Origin: Euglena gracilis
Lineage: Eukaryota
DNA: 64,000 nt
Direction: 5' to 3'
NCBI GenBank assembly: GCA_039621445.1
Contig: CP154954.1
Coordinates: 46,045,847 to 46,109,846, forward strand
The notes beneath the pieces were generated by a model that was not told the origin of the DNA, did no database searches, and saw only the letters and a program-made list of their open reading frames with translations. The first letter of the stretch is position 1. Every line of letters begins with the position of its first letter. Shown piece after piece: positions 25,192-58,178 of the stretch. The position numbers and the translations under genes were made by a program.

Positions 25192-26560
25192 AAACGTGTT
25201 CAGAGCCCGCCAAATGCCTGCCCTGAAATTCGTGGTCATAATTCACGCAAGGGGTCAAAAACGCGAATTTGTGAAATTCGGACCCAAAAAACGGCGCCCT
25301 CACTGAAAACGTGCCTGAACACATATGCCTGCACTGAAAGCGTGTCATTGCCACAAATGCCCTCACTGAAAACGTGCCTGAACACAGATGCCTTCACTGA
25401 AAACGTGTCATTGCCACAAATGCCCTCACTGAAAACGTGTCACCCCCGCCCCCTTTTTTTTTTCCTTTTTCCCGCAGCCCTGCCAATATGGCCAAACGCA
25501 CAGCAAACTTTGTGAATGGTCTTTTGCCACCACCCCCTAGAACGGAACTGTTCCTGGCTGCTCTCGCGGTATACCAGCAAGATGCCAAGAAGCCGAAGGT
25601 TGACCCCCTTCATGGCACCTTGCTGGCACAGGGCAACACAAAGAAAAAGTCCGGCTCCGTGGGTGCAGAGCTTGCTGCTGTTGCCAACTGTTTGGAGTTC
25701 GCCAAACTGTGTCAACATCGGCAAGCCTCTTATCCTGAGCTGGATGCTTTCTTTGTTGCCTGGACGGGATGGGAGCTGGAACCCAGCCTGTTGTTCGATG
25801 AGGCGAGCGTCATCGAACAATGTGTGGCTCAACGTGAGCAGCAGTCGGGAACTTTGTTCGTTTCAGGGAATCGTTTGGCAACCTCTTTTCAGACATACGT
25901 GAATGCCGTCGCTCGGGCATTCCGCAAAACAACGACCGAGGGAGTAGTGTTGCCTTCCTCAGAGCGCCAATTCCCCCACTTCAACGAGATGTTTTCGCGT
26001 TCCCTGGAGCGCGAACAGGAGAAATGTGGTTTTTGTGGTGTTGCGATTCCGAAAAATCCAAATTGTGTGGACCTGAACAAAGTTGTCTGTGACGCCTGCG
26101 GTTTGGCATATCATTTTCATTGCCAAGATTTGCGGCGGCCACCAAAGTATGGCTCTTTTTTGTGTAAAGCCTGTCGTGTGCCGTGATTTTCGCCCCTTCC
26201 CTGTCGTTGTGCCAAGGCAACGTAGCCTTCTTGTTGTCGTCTTCGTGTTGTGGAGTGCCCCCGACCCGCCTCACCCGTTGAGGACCACCCGGCCTCTCAA
26301 CCGCACGCCGATTTTTCATGATTGCGATTTTGCACGCCGATTTTTCTTGCTGGGGGTTGCCACAGATGCCCTCACTGAAAACGTGCCTGAACACAGATGC
26401 CTTCACTGAAAACGTGTCATTGCCACAAATGCCCTCATTGAAAACGTGCCTGAACACAGATGCCTTCACTGAAAACGTGTCATTGCCACAAATGCCCTCA
26501 TTGAAAACGTGTTCATGACCACGAATTTCAGGGCAGGCATTTGGCGGGCTGAACACGTTT
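25192..26560. mobile_element. TIR DNA element with TTAA target duplication carrying a PHD-finger ORF
   Basis: ~46-bp TIRs (AAACGTGTTCAG..CCCGCCAAATGCCTGCCCTGAAATTCGTGGTCAT); TTAA at 25188-91 and 26561-64; subterminal tandem repeats of CTCACTGAAAACGTG. Confidence 0.75.
25488..26186 (+). CDS. Protein with C-terminal PHD-type (C4HC3) zinc finger, 232 aa
   Basis: CGFC...CDACGLAYHFHC...FLCKAC; intact ORF preceded by a pyrimidine tract and AG (25476-77). Confidence 0.7.
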   Translation: MAKRTANFVNGLLPPPPRTELFLAALAVYQQDAKKPKVDPLHGTLLAQGNTKKKSGSVGAELAAVANCLEFAKLCQHRQASYPELDAFFVAWTGWELEPSLLFDEASVIEQCVAQREQQSGTLFVSGNRLATSFQTYVNAVARAFRKTTTEGVVLPSSERQFPHFNEMFSRSLEREQEKCGFCGVAIPKNPNCVDLNKVVCDACGLAYHFHCQDLRRPPKYGSFLCKACRVP

Positions 26561-26577
26561 TTAATTTCACTGCAAGT

Positions 26578-27456
26578 TCATGTGAAAAGGTCATGAAAAC
26601 CATCTGCCAAATTTCTCAGACGGGTTTCAATTTCAGCCGTCCGTCCCTCCAAGTGGCTGGACTCACTTTGGCTGGGCACTTCCTCCAGTTTCGTCAGTCT
26701 CTCGTTCAGAGGAAAAGTGTTTGAAAACAATTCTGTGATACCTGCCTCAACTTTTTGCCACCACTCATCCCAGGGGTCATAAAAAGTTTCAGGTTTTGTG
26801 ACCTCTGAAGTTTGCACACTGTCTGATTTGACACTCAGCTGTCCGGATTCAGATTCGCACCGCACACCTCTCATTTGCAAAGCATTTGGACAAGGGTCAA
26901 AACTTTCTTGTTTAACTTCAGGTTCTCCTGACAGTGAACTTGTTGGGCTTACCCCTGACGGTTTACAAGATTGACATGGAGAAGATGAGTCAGGGCCATG
27001 AGAATGTCCAATGGCTGCTTCACATCTGAGTTTCCTAAACTCCCTCTGAGACGCCAGATATTCAGCCTCCCTTTTTCTTTGTTCCTCTGTTTGGGTATCA
27101 CTGAATTGAATTCCCAACAATTTGAATTGGTCACAGTATTCTTTGATTTCTTTGTCATCAACGGAATCTAAAAATTCTTCACTGACAGAGTCAGTGAAGC
27201 CACCTCTGCGTACCATGTTGGGGGGTTTGGAGGACCCTGCTCGCCCGGGGGGGCTGCTTTCGCTGGGGCCACAATTTCCTTTTTCTGGCCCTGGTGGGCT
27301 CAGGCCAGGGCCTTTGGCAAGTTGGGCCCCGTTTTCAAATAAATCCACAGGTGGTAATGGGGGTGAGGTGTGCCCCCCCGACCCAGGTCCCCCTGTCTCC
27401 CCGCGTAGGATCGTTTTTAGCCTCCACTGTTTTGCCTTTTCAAACATTTGGATCAA
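26578..27456 (-). pseudogene. Gag-like coiled-coil ORF of the LTR element, interrupted; likely continues at 24648-25076
   Basis: Position after the PBS; coiled-coil character; the frame appears to rejoin across the 25073-26564 insertions if one frameshift is allowed. Confidence 0.45.
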
Positions 27457-27813
27457 AAGGTGAGCAAAGACAAACCAACCCTCCTACTTGGAAGCACACA
27501 GCAGAGCACAACAAACCTTGGACTTGAGAAGGTGGGCAAGTACCTTTGAGTTCAGGTGTTGAGTGGGACAAAGAATGTGGAAATGAATGCCTTGGCTTCC
27601 TGATGTTATTTGAATTGATCTTTTTGCTCTTCAAGTCTCCAATTGACTTTTCTTCTTTTCTGATTCTCAAATCGAATTCTCAAATTCTTCTTGAAATTTG
27701 CTGCGGTTCCAATTCCACTCGTGTGGCGGTTGACTTGCTTTGGAGGTTCCTACTGGGAATTTTCTGGGAATTTTTGGGAAATTTTTGGCTGCCGCCGCCA
27801 GCGGCAGCCGACA
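27216..27813 (-). repeat. 5' LTR
   Basis: Near-identical to 20484-21083; followed on the minus strand by a TGG-initiated PBS (27203-27215). Confidence 0.9.
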
Positions 27814-27831
27814 GTTTGGGCTCAAAGGCCT

Positions 27832-29097
27832 TCAGACAGAATATGGTGAGTGGGCGGAAGACAGGGTGATCTCATCTTTGGAAGAATACAAGCTCCAAAC
27901 GAGCTGTCTGCTGACTTCTCTGGTTAGTGTGAAGGACAGGCCTTGCCAAATGTCTGCTTCTGCGGCACGCCGTTGCCACCCTTCCCGCTGCCCCAGAAGG
28001 GCCTTGAGGAGGGTGGCCATCAAGGAGCGCGCTTCTTGTCCCATGCCCCCATAGCAGTCCATGACGAATGGCATCAACCGCCAGCCCAGTCGTTGGCATG
28101 TTGCATCATATTTGGCATGCTTTTCAGCCTCCTGGCGTGTTTGCCATTGTGAAAGGCTCTCTGCACTTCGCAACGGATGACTTTGCGCAAGGGTGTGGCG
28201 GATTGTCACATCCACTGCAACGGGTCCATCACTGTCCAAGCGAGGAATGAAGATGTCCCCAGGCCGGGAACGGTCATCAGCTCGTTGTTCTTTATGGGCT
28301 GTAAATCCTGCCTTCTGTGTTGTGGTTGTCAGAAAATCTTGGACAGCCCCGTGCCGCCGGGTAATGAAGTTTGATTTGCAGCAAACGAGGTGGTGTCCGA
28401 GAAAATCAGATTGTCCAAAGCACTTGGGACAGAGGTTGGGATCGGATTCCATTGGTGTGAGAGTCATTCCGAGGGACCAACGAAGTGTGCAGCGGAATTC
28501 AGCCGTGGGTAACAGGGTGCGGAGTCCTTGAGATGGTGTCAAGGCGGCCCATGCCATAGCGTGAGGTTGGCATTGGCTTGCAAAGCGTACAGCATCAGGT
28601 CCATTCAATGTGTCCCGAAGTGTTTTCTGGCGGGCAAGCATGCTCTGCTGATTCCACCACCGTTGAGAATTGTGTGGAGACTGTGCCTGAGAGATCAAGT
28701 TTTTGTCACTGGCCCATTGTGGCAGTGGGGCCAAATGACCAAGTTCATTGAGGGCTGTCCGTAAACAATCGTCAACGTCTTTGGGAAGGATGTCCATGGC
28801 AGCGGGCAGGCCCAAGACAGAGGGAGCTCTTCGACAGAAGTCCACCACTTGAGACAATCTGGCAGGCGCACGTTGAAATAGTGGATCGGAGATTCCCAGT
28901 CCACCGCATCTGATGGCCAGGGAAACTTGCAACCATTCTTCTGGGGTGCAAGGGGAGCCGACCATGCTACTGAATGTTTCCCGAATAATTCCCGACAATG
29001 TCTTGCATGCCGCTGTTGCAGAGGCGATTTTGCAGGCGCGCAAGAGGTCATTCACTTTGCAAGCGGATAAACAAAAACGAAGCAAGGTGAATTGCAC
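27832..29097 (-). CDS. Non-LTR ORF, C-terminal part: thumb, CCHC zinc knuckle and RLE endonuclease
   Basis: GGLGI; CPKC..D.LGHHLVC; RHGAV; RPGD; VDV; EAEKHAKY; PFVMDCYGG. Confidence 0.88.
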   Translation of the reverse strand: MQFTLLRFCLSACKVNDLLRACKIASATAACKTLSGIIRETFSSMVGSPCTPEEWLQVSLAIRCGGLGISDPLFQRAPARLSQVVDFCRRAPSVLGLPAAMDILPKDVDDCLRTALNELGHLAPLPQWASDKNLISQAQSPHNSQRWWNQQSMLARQKTLRDTLNGPDAVRFASQCQPHAMAWAALTPSQGLRTLLPTAEFRCTLRWSLGMTLTPMESDPNLCPKCFGQSDFLGHHLVCCKSNFITRRHGAVQDFLTTTTQKAGFTAHKEQRADDRSRPGDIFIPRLDSDGPVAVDVTIRHTLAQSHPLRSAESLSQWQTRQEAEKHAKYDATCQRLGWRLMPFVMDCYGGMGQEARSLMATLLKALLGQREGWQRRAAEADIWQGLSFTLTREVSRQLVWSLYSSKDEITLSSAHSPYSV

Positions 29098-29182
29098 ATG
29101 CGATTGAGGTAGGTGCTGAAGTACTGTGCAAGAACGTCGGATGTCTTCAATGCGCTTATTCCAAACTTCTTCACAGAAGCGG

Positions 29183-31432
29183 TCATCTTCTTGGTGTTGG
29201 GACAGGGCCCCCCAAAACTTTCAAACCAGAACCAGCAACAAAGGCGGTCAGTGGTATTTGATGTAAGGGGCTGTCCTGTGGCGTGCCAGGGGGAATGCAA
29301 GGGACACCTTCTGTTGATGTGAACGCTGGTCCCCACAATCGACACTTTGCAGGGTTCACGGCCAACCCAAGCGCGGCTGCCTCGCGAATCAGAAAGGCAA
29401 GGGCATTGTGCAGCTGGGCTGGCGATCCCAGCAGATGGGCGTCATCCAAATACCAGCCCTGCCATTCGACCAAGGGTGAGAGGCCCTCACAAAGGTCTTG
29501 TACTCCCCAGGCGAAAGCGGCTGGTCCACATGGGTCACCTTGCTGAGCTCCCCTTTCGGAAGGCAGACAATGGTTTCCACAATACAGCTTGCTGTGTTGG
29601 GCGTAGCATGAATCCAGCCAAGGGCACGCTTCTGGGCATCGTCTACGGATGGATTGCAGGATTTTTTCCCGTGACAAAGAATTGAAGGCATTCCTGAAAT
29701 CCACTTGAAGCAGCCCCCAGCGATTGTCTCTGTCCGAGTGCAGAGTGTCCACCATTTGTTGGATTCCCATTGCGATCAGTGGACAAGCATTCGGCACACC
29801 AACGCCACATTGTGGGGGACTCAGTTCTTTCAAAGCGTTTACCACTGTTGGATGGCGCATGAGACATTTGCCAACCAAACGGCGGAGGGTTTCACCTGCT
29901 GCGATTGGGCGAGTGTCTTCATCACACACCGTGTGCTCCACAAGGTTTCCAAAAGCATCCTCTTCCATTGCTGTTTGTTTGTTTTGTTTTCGCAGCGGCG
30001 TCAACCTGGCGGAAGAAAGAATTGGGGCCATGCCAGGGTGAACACCCTTTGTAATTGCCCGACAGATGAAGGTATCAAGCACTTCGAGGAGGTCATCTCC
30101 ACAAGCCCCTGGGTAGTCTCCAACCATGGCCTTGAGGTGGTCGGGTCTCAGGCCAGAAGGGCCCGGTGCGGACTCCTTTGGGAACCCGAATATAGCTTTG
30201 CGCAGATTTTGCAATCGCTCTTTTGTGCTTTCCGGGTCTGAAGGAAAGGTGATCGTTTGGGAAGAGTCGGACACTGGGATGCGCGGTGGAGGCTCTGGTG
30301 GGTGAAGGTCACGTAGCCTTTGAATCACTTTTGGGTCATTGCTGTTCTGAACCCCTTCAGAGGTGAGCTCTCGGCAGGCTTTTGAAATGGCCCCGTGGCC
30401 AACAAGGCTTTCAATGCGGGAGAGGAAGCGTTCTTCAGTTGCCTTGGCCGCCAGTGCTGTTTTTTGCCTTGTCTGTCTGCCTTGCGGCTTTTGTGGGAGA
30501 CTGGAGTCCAACCAAGAATCAAACACAGGACGGGTGAGATACAGGCGAGCTCGTTCTGCAATTTTTCTCCCCACCATCGCCCAGTTTGATCGCCCGCCAC
30601 GCTGCAAAGGACAGAGCACCGCTTTGGGGAAGGCCCACAAGGCGTGCAGGGTTTCCCAGCCAGGTTCCATGTTGAAATGCTTCATCAGTTGCAGGTAGGT
30701 TTGATTGACATTGAGGAGGGCTCCACGTGGCAGGTATACAAGGGTCCCTCGATCATCAAAAGAAATTTCCTCAAAAGTGGGATGAAGGGATGGTGGGCAT
30801 GGAGCAGAGAATGGCGTAACCCCAGCAATGTGATTTTGACCAATGGGGCTTGGTGGGGGTCTAGCTGGGGCTGGTGATGATGCTGCTGCGGTTGTTGCCA
30901 CTGAGGATGAAGAGCTGGCACCCAAAGGGGGGTTGGAGAAGTTCAGGAAAGGCGTCGCCTGATTTGCTTGCATCCACATGGCCCCAACATCTGACGAGGG
31001 GAAGGGTCCTGGTCCTTGTGTGCCAATTGGGTTCGCCATGATGACCGTGGAGCACATTGAGGGGAGGCCTTGTTGGCCAAAGAACAACGGACCCGGCAGA
31101 TTTGGGAACCAAGATCGCCTTTCCAATGGTGGCACTGCGGGTGGTGGTGGTGCGGTCGGGGGGATGGAGATTTGTGATGCTGGCGCCATGTCAACGTCCT
31201 CACCCGACACCGACGGGGGCTCTGCGGGCGGTGGTGCAGTAGGAGGGATGGAGATTTGTGATGCTGGTGCCATGTCAATATCCTCAACCGACACAAATGG
31301 TGGGTCTGTAGGAGGTCCGGGGTTACTTTCAATGTCCCCGCAGGTCAGTAAAGACCGACCTCGGCCTGCTCCCCCCGATGCTGCCAGGGTAGGCTGTGTG
31401 CCGTCTTTTGCAGGAGTAGAAGGCACAAGCAC
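29183..31432 (-). CDS. Non-LTR ORF, N-terminal part: 2A-like peptide + reverse transcriptase (frameshift near 29205)
   Basis: SLLTCGDIESNPGP; RPIAAGETLRRL; VDFRNAFNSLSR; RGAQQGDPCGP; WYLDD; GLAVNPAKC; GLKVLG. Confidence 0.9.
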   Translation of the reverse strand: MLVPSTPAKDGTQPTLAASGGAGRGRSLLTCGDIESNPGPPTDPPFVSVEDIDMAPASQISIPPTAPPPAEPPSVSGEDVDMAPASQISIPPTAPPPPAVPPLERRSWFPNLPGPLFFGQQGLPSMCSTVIMANPIGTQGPGPFPSSDVGAMWMQANQATPFLNFSNPPLGASSSSSVATTAAASSPAPARPPPSPIGQNHIAGVTPFSAPCPPSLHPTFEEISFDDRGTLVYLPRGALLNVNQTYLQLMKHFNMEPGWETLHALWAFPKAVLCPLQRGGRSNWAMVGRKIAERARLYLTRPVFDSWLDSSLPQKPQGRQTRQKTALAAKATEERFLSRIESLVGHGAISKACRELTSEGVQNSNDPKVIQRLRDLHPPEPPPRIPVSDSSQTITFPSDPESTKERLQNLRKAIFGFPKESAPGPSGLRPDHLKAMVGDYPGACGDDLLEVLDTFICRAITKGVHPGMAPILSSARLTPLRKQNKQTAMEEDAFGNLVEHTVCDEDTRPIAAGETLRRLVGKCLMRHPTVVNALKELSPPQCGVGVPNACPLIAMGIQQMVDTLHSDRDNRWGLLQVDFRNAFNSLSREKILQSIRRRCPEACPWLDSCYAQHSKLYCGNHCLPSERGAQQGDPCGPAAFAWGVQDLCEGLSPLVEWQGWYLDDAHLLGSPAQLHNALAFLIREAAALGLAVNPAKCRLWGPAFTSTEGVPCIPPGTPQDSPLHQIPLTAFVAGSGLKVLGGPVPTPRR

Positions 31433-32085
31433 TTTTATTTGTTTGGCCGACGTTGGGGGTTTTTTCCGGTCAGCGGAGAGGGAACCTGGGGGTTGTCAAG
31501 TTCATTTTGCTGAGCAGGAGAGCTGAATCTGGCAGAACTGCCTAGCTGGGGGGCCACTGTTGCAGACCGAAAAGTGGATGTGCTGTCTGGCTGGGGGGCC
31601 ACTGTTGCAGGCCAAAATGTGGGTGAGCGTGGTTTGCCAGTTTGTCGGGGGCTTTTCAGGCTGAGTGCAAAAATGGTGTCCGAGGGGGCCTTTGCAGGCC
31701 CATGGCCTTTGTAGGCCACTGGGACAAAATGCTGCAAACATGACAAAAAGGTGTCACAGGGGGGCCTTTGCAGGCCCAGGGCCTTTGCAGGCCACTGGAG
31801 CAAAATGGTGTTGGGGGTGGGCCTTTGCAGGCCCAGGGCCTTTGCAGGCCACTGGGGTAAAACAGTGTTATTGAGGGGTTGGGGTGGCAAAATGTTTTTC
31901 AATGTCAAGTCAAAACTGCTGCAAAATGTGTCACTGAGGGGTTGGGGTGGCAGAATGTTTTTCAATGTCAAGTCAAAACTGCTGCAAAATGTGTCATAGC
32001 GGGTTTGCCATTTCGATTGATCAGAAGTTTGGGATGCAATGCAAAACACAGAAAAGAAGACACTGGAGCTGAAAGTGGCACTTAA

Positions 32086-32590
32086 ACCCCCCCCCCCAAA
32101 TATAAGAAACCCCTCGCTATAAGAAACCCCCAAATATAAGAAACCCTTTGGCTGATTTTCAGCCGACACCCAAATATAAGAAACCCCCAAATATAAGAAA
32201 CCCCTGGGCTGTTGGACGTCAATCCAATTATAAGAAACCCCTCATTTTCACCATGGGTCACAGCAAATCTCAAGGCGTGATCAACACAAAGATGAAGCCA
32301 ATCTAGTCTATTTCTTCTTTGCAAAGCAAGAGTTCAGAAGCAACTGCTATTTGGAAACACCTGTCCGTGTCACGACCCCCTTCCCCACTGTTTGAATCCT
32401 ACACACAGTGGTCACATGTAATTATTTATATGAAGGAACCGAAGGAAGAAAAAGTTCCATTTATAAGAAACCCTTGGGGCCGGCCTTCGACACCCAAATT
32501 TAAGAAACCCCCAAATATAAGAAACCCTTTGGGCCGATCGGCCGACACCCAAATATAAGAAACGGGTTTCTTATATTTGGGGGGGGGGGT
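32086..32590. mobile_element. MITE inserted in the 5' region of the CRE-like element
   Basis: TIR ACCCCCCCCCCCAAATATAAGAAACC; TTAA on both sides; internal TATAAGAAACCC repeats. Confidence 0.75.
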
Positions 32591-33019
32591 TTAATGGTTG
32601 GCAGATGGGGGGCCTTTGCAGGCCCAGATGAGGGGGCCTTTGAAGGCCCAGATGAGGGGGCCTTTGCAGGCCCAGATGAGGGGGCCTTTGCAGGCCCAGA
32701 TGAGGGGGCCTTTGCAGGCCCATAAGGTGCCACCAGGGCTGAGCAGCCCAGTACGCCAATGACGACAGCATGTCCAGCTGCAGCAGTACACCAGTACCCG
32801 CTCCTGCCTGCACCAGCAGGACTTCTTCTGCTGCACCACCAGGAGTTCCTCTGCCTGCACCAGCAGGACTTCAAGGCTGCTTCTGCCTGCACCAGCAGGA
32901 CTTCAGGACGTCTTCTGCCTGCACCAGCAGGACTTGTAAGTGACTCTCAATGGCAATTGAACTCTTGACTTGGATACCTGACCCCACCAGGGGCTTTCAA
33001 TTGTCCGCCATGTATTATG

Positions 33020-33044
33020 CGAAAAAAAATAGACACTCAGAAAG
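33020..33044 (-). other. Genomic copy of the euglenid spliced-leader exon (25 nt)
   Basis: Minus strand reads CTTTCTGAGTGTCTATTTTTTTTCG, matching the recalled Euglena SL ACTTTCTGAGTGTCTATTTTTTTTCG except the first base; not followed by GT. Confidence 0.9.
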
Positions 33045-33109
33045 CTTTGTGTGTGTGTGCGGCTAATTAGGAATTTCGATGTACAAATTCCACACCCGAC
33101 TTTTTCGTT

Positions 33110-33124
33110 GTTTTTTTTTTGCAG
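33110..33124 (+). promoter_or_regulatory. Putative trans-splice (spliced-leader) acceptor of psaD
   Basis: Poly-T tract followed by GCAG, with 6 nt between it and the ATG at 33131; no upstream cis donor or exon is evident. Confidence 0.65.
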
Positions 33125-33130
33125 ACAGCA

Positions 33131-56128
<22,998 letters not shown>

Positions 56129-58178
56129 TGATCCTGGCCCGGTTCCTGGACTTTTCTTTCAGTCGCGAGCGACTGGATTTCCAGTTTCCGAATCACCTCC
56201 CTTTGACCCCCAATTCCCCGCCAGGCCCTGTTATTCAGCCGCGAAGGGGTTTTTCAAACTGGGTAGGATTCACCCCCCCCTCTTCCGACTCTGCCATTTC
56301 GCCGGGGTCCAAAAATCAATTTTTCAAAAGTATCTCGAGAAAACGTACATTATTTCCGGAAATGTCGGTTTTGATGAAATGCACCCCCCGGAGGCCCTCT
56401 ATCACCCCACATTTGCCGTTTTGGCCGCCGACACGCCTGGCATTTTTTTTTTTTGAACAACGTGCAGCAGAAAGAAAAGGCCAAAAATTTGAGCCACCAA
56501 TTATCCTTGAGTTTGGGACATCCCAAGTCTGGAAATCTTCCAGCATGACGACAAGTTCCAATTTTTTTAAAAAAAATAAAACTTTCGGTGCACTTCCTTT
56601 TTTGCACAAACCGGATGACATGCCCTTCAAACTCCAAACGAGTTTTTTTTGTTTTTTTTAATGAAAAGCAATTCCCACATCCTTCACCAATCTCTCAGAC
56701 ATATTCGCCATATTTCGGTGTGGGTTTGGAAAGTTCAGGCTCAGGACTTCCATACACCGTTTTTTTTTTTGGCAGTCCTGACAAACTTTGGAAAAAAGCC
56801 AAAGAATCGGCTTACCCAAGGAAAAACCCCAAAAATTGCAAAAAAACAAACTTTTCCACTGGGAAGTGCGAAAAAAAATTTTCCCCAACCTTTGGCTTGA
56901 TGCTTTTGATGGTTTGGTGCTTTCCACATGAAGAAAAGCAAATACCCCACCCTCAAACTTAATCCAATAGCCCACAAACACCCTCACCCTTCGAAGTGCC
57001 GGTGGCCTCCAGGCACTCGGGGGGGGGGGGGCATTGGGGGCGTACTTCTGGTAAACCAAAAGTGGCCTCTTTTGAGGGGTGTAAACCAAAGTCTGACAAA
57101 ATTTGGCCAGGGGGACAAGTTTTTTTCCAAAGATTTTGGCCTGGCCTCCGTCTTCTCAAAAAATATTTCCTGCCACAAGGTGGGGGTCAGGGATTCCCTT
57201 GTTTGTTGTTTGGAAGGGTGGGTGGGGCCTCCCCCCAGTTCCTGTTGGTAGCCTGGTTGGGTCTAACCCCCCCCGGCTCATGGGAAATTGGTGATGGATT
57301 TTTTGGTGGTCGCTGGCGACTGTTGGTGGTCAGAGCGACTAGTTGCTCCGACCACCAAATTTAAATCCACCCCCCACCCCTCTAAAACCGTTTCAAAAGC
57401 CCCCTCCAGAAAAATTTCATTCAAATATGAATAAAAATGACTCGAAATCCACCCAAATGCCTTCAGAAACCCTCATTCGGGGGTTTATTTGCAAAAATTT
57501 TGGGTAATATCTTCCCATTTGGGCGGGACCCGGGCGGCAACCCCCCTGGGGCCGTCAACTAAGTTCGCATATCGAGGTTCATTGGGGAGCGCGATTTGGC
57601 CATCCTTGCCTTGCACACACAAGGGGATTTTGTTATTTTGGGCGGGCCCCCCCCCTCCCGGACCCCCGCCCAGAATAACAAAATCCCTTTGTGTGTGCAA
57701 GGCAAGGAGGGCCAAATCGCTCCCTAATGAACCCCAATGTGCGAACTTAGTCGGCCTACGGCCTCCTCCAGGGGGGGGGGGGGCAAAATCCCCTGGGGTG
57801 CGCAAGGCAAGGATGGCCGAATCGTGCTCCTTGACTCCTGGACAAAGACAAGGTTCACAGAACTGGTGCAAAAAGAAGATATTACCTTTTTTTGCAAATG
57901 GAACCCCGAATGTGTTTCTGAAGGCATTTGGGTGGCTTTTGAGTCATTTTTCTTCATATTTGAATGAATTTTTTTGGAGGGGGGGCTTAAAAACTTTTTA
58001 GAGGGGGGTGGACTTAAAATTGGTGGTCGCCAGCAACCAGCCTTACCACCAATGGTCGCTAGCGACTAGTCGCTAGAAAATGGTCGTTAGCGACCATGGT
58101 CGCTGGTGACCACCAAAAAGTCCATCACCAATTTTTCGCTCGGGGCCGACCCCCCCCCCCACCTCACCAGGCCTTCCG

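Larger units (their letters stand above)
20484..27813 (-). mobile_element. Degenerate, probably non-autonomous LTR retrotransposon (Ty3/gypsy-like)
   Basis: ~600-bp TG...CA LTRs; 4-bp TSD GTTT (20480-83 / 27814-17); PBS TGGTACGCAGAGG next to the 5' LTR; purine tract next to the 3' LTR; frameshifted CX2CX4HX4C remnant at 24243-24286; no RT or integrase ORF seen. Confidence 0.85.
27814..33019 (-). mobile_element. CRE-clade-like non-LTR retrotransposon with RT and restriction-like endonuclease; its 3' UTR probably continues at 20161-20483 and 15444-15586 beyond nested insertions
   Basis: RT motifs, CCHC knuckle and RLE motifs, no APE domain; the 5' end abuts an SL copy. Confidence 0.85.

Noticed and set aside
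25297-26512. CRISPR-like array
   Set aside because: These are tandem subterminal repeats without unique spacers, in a eukaryotic transposon context.
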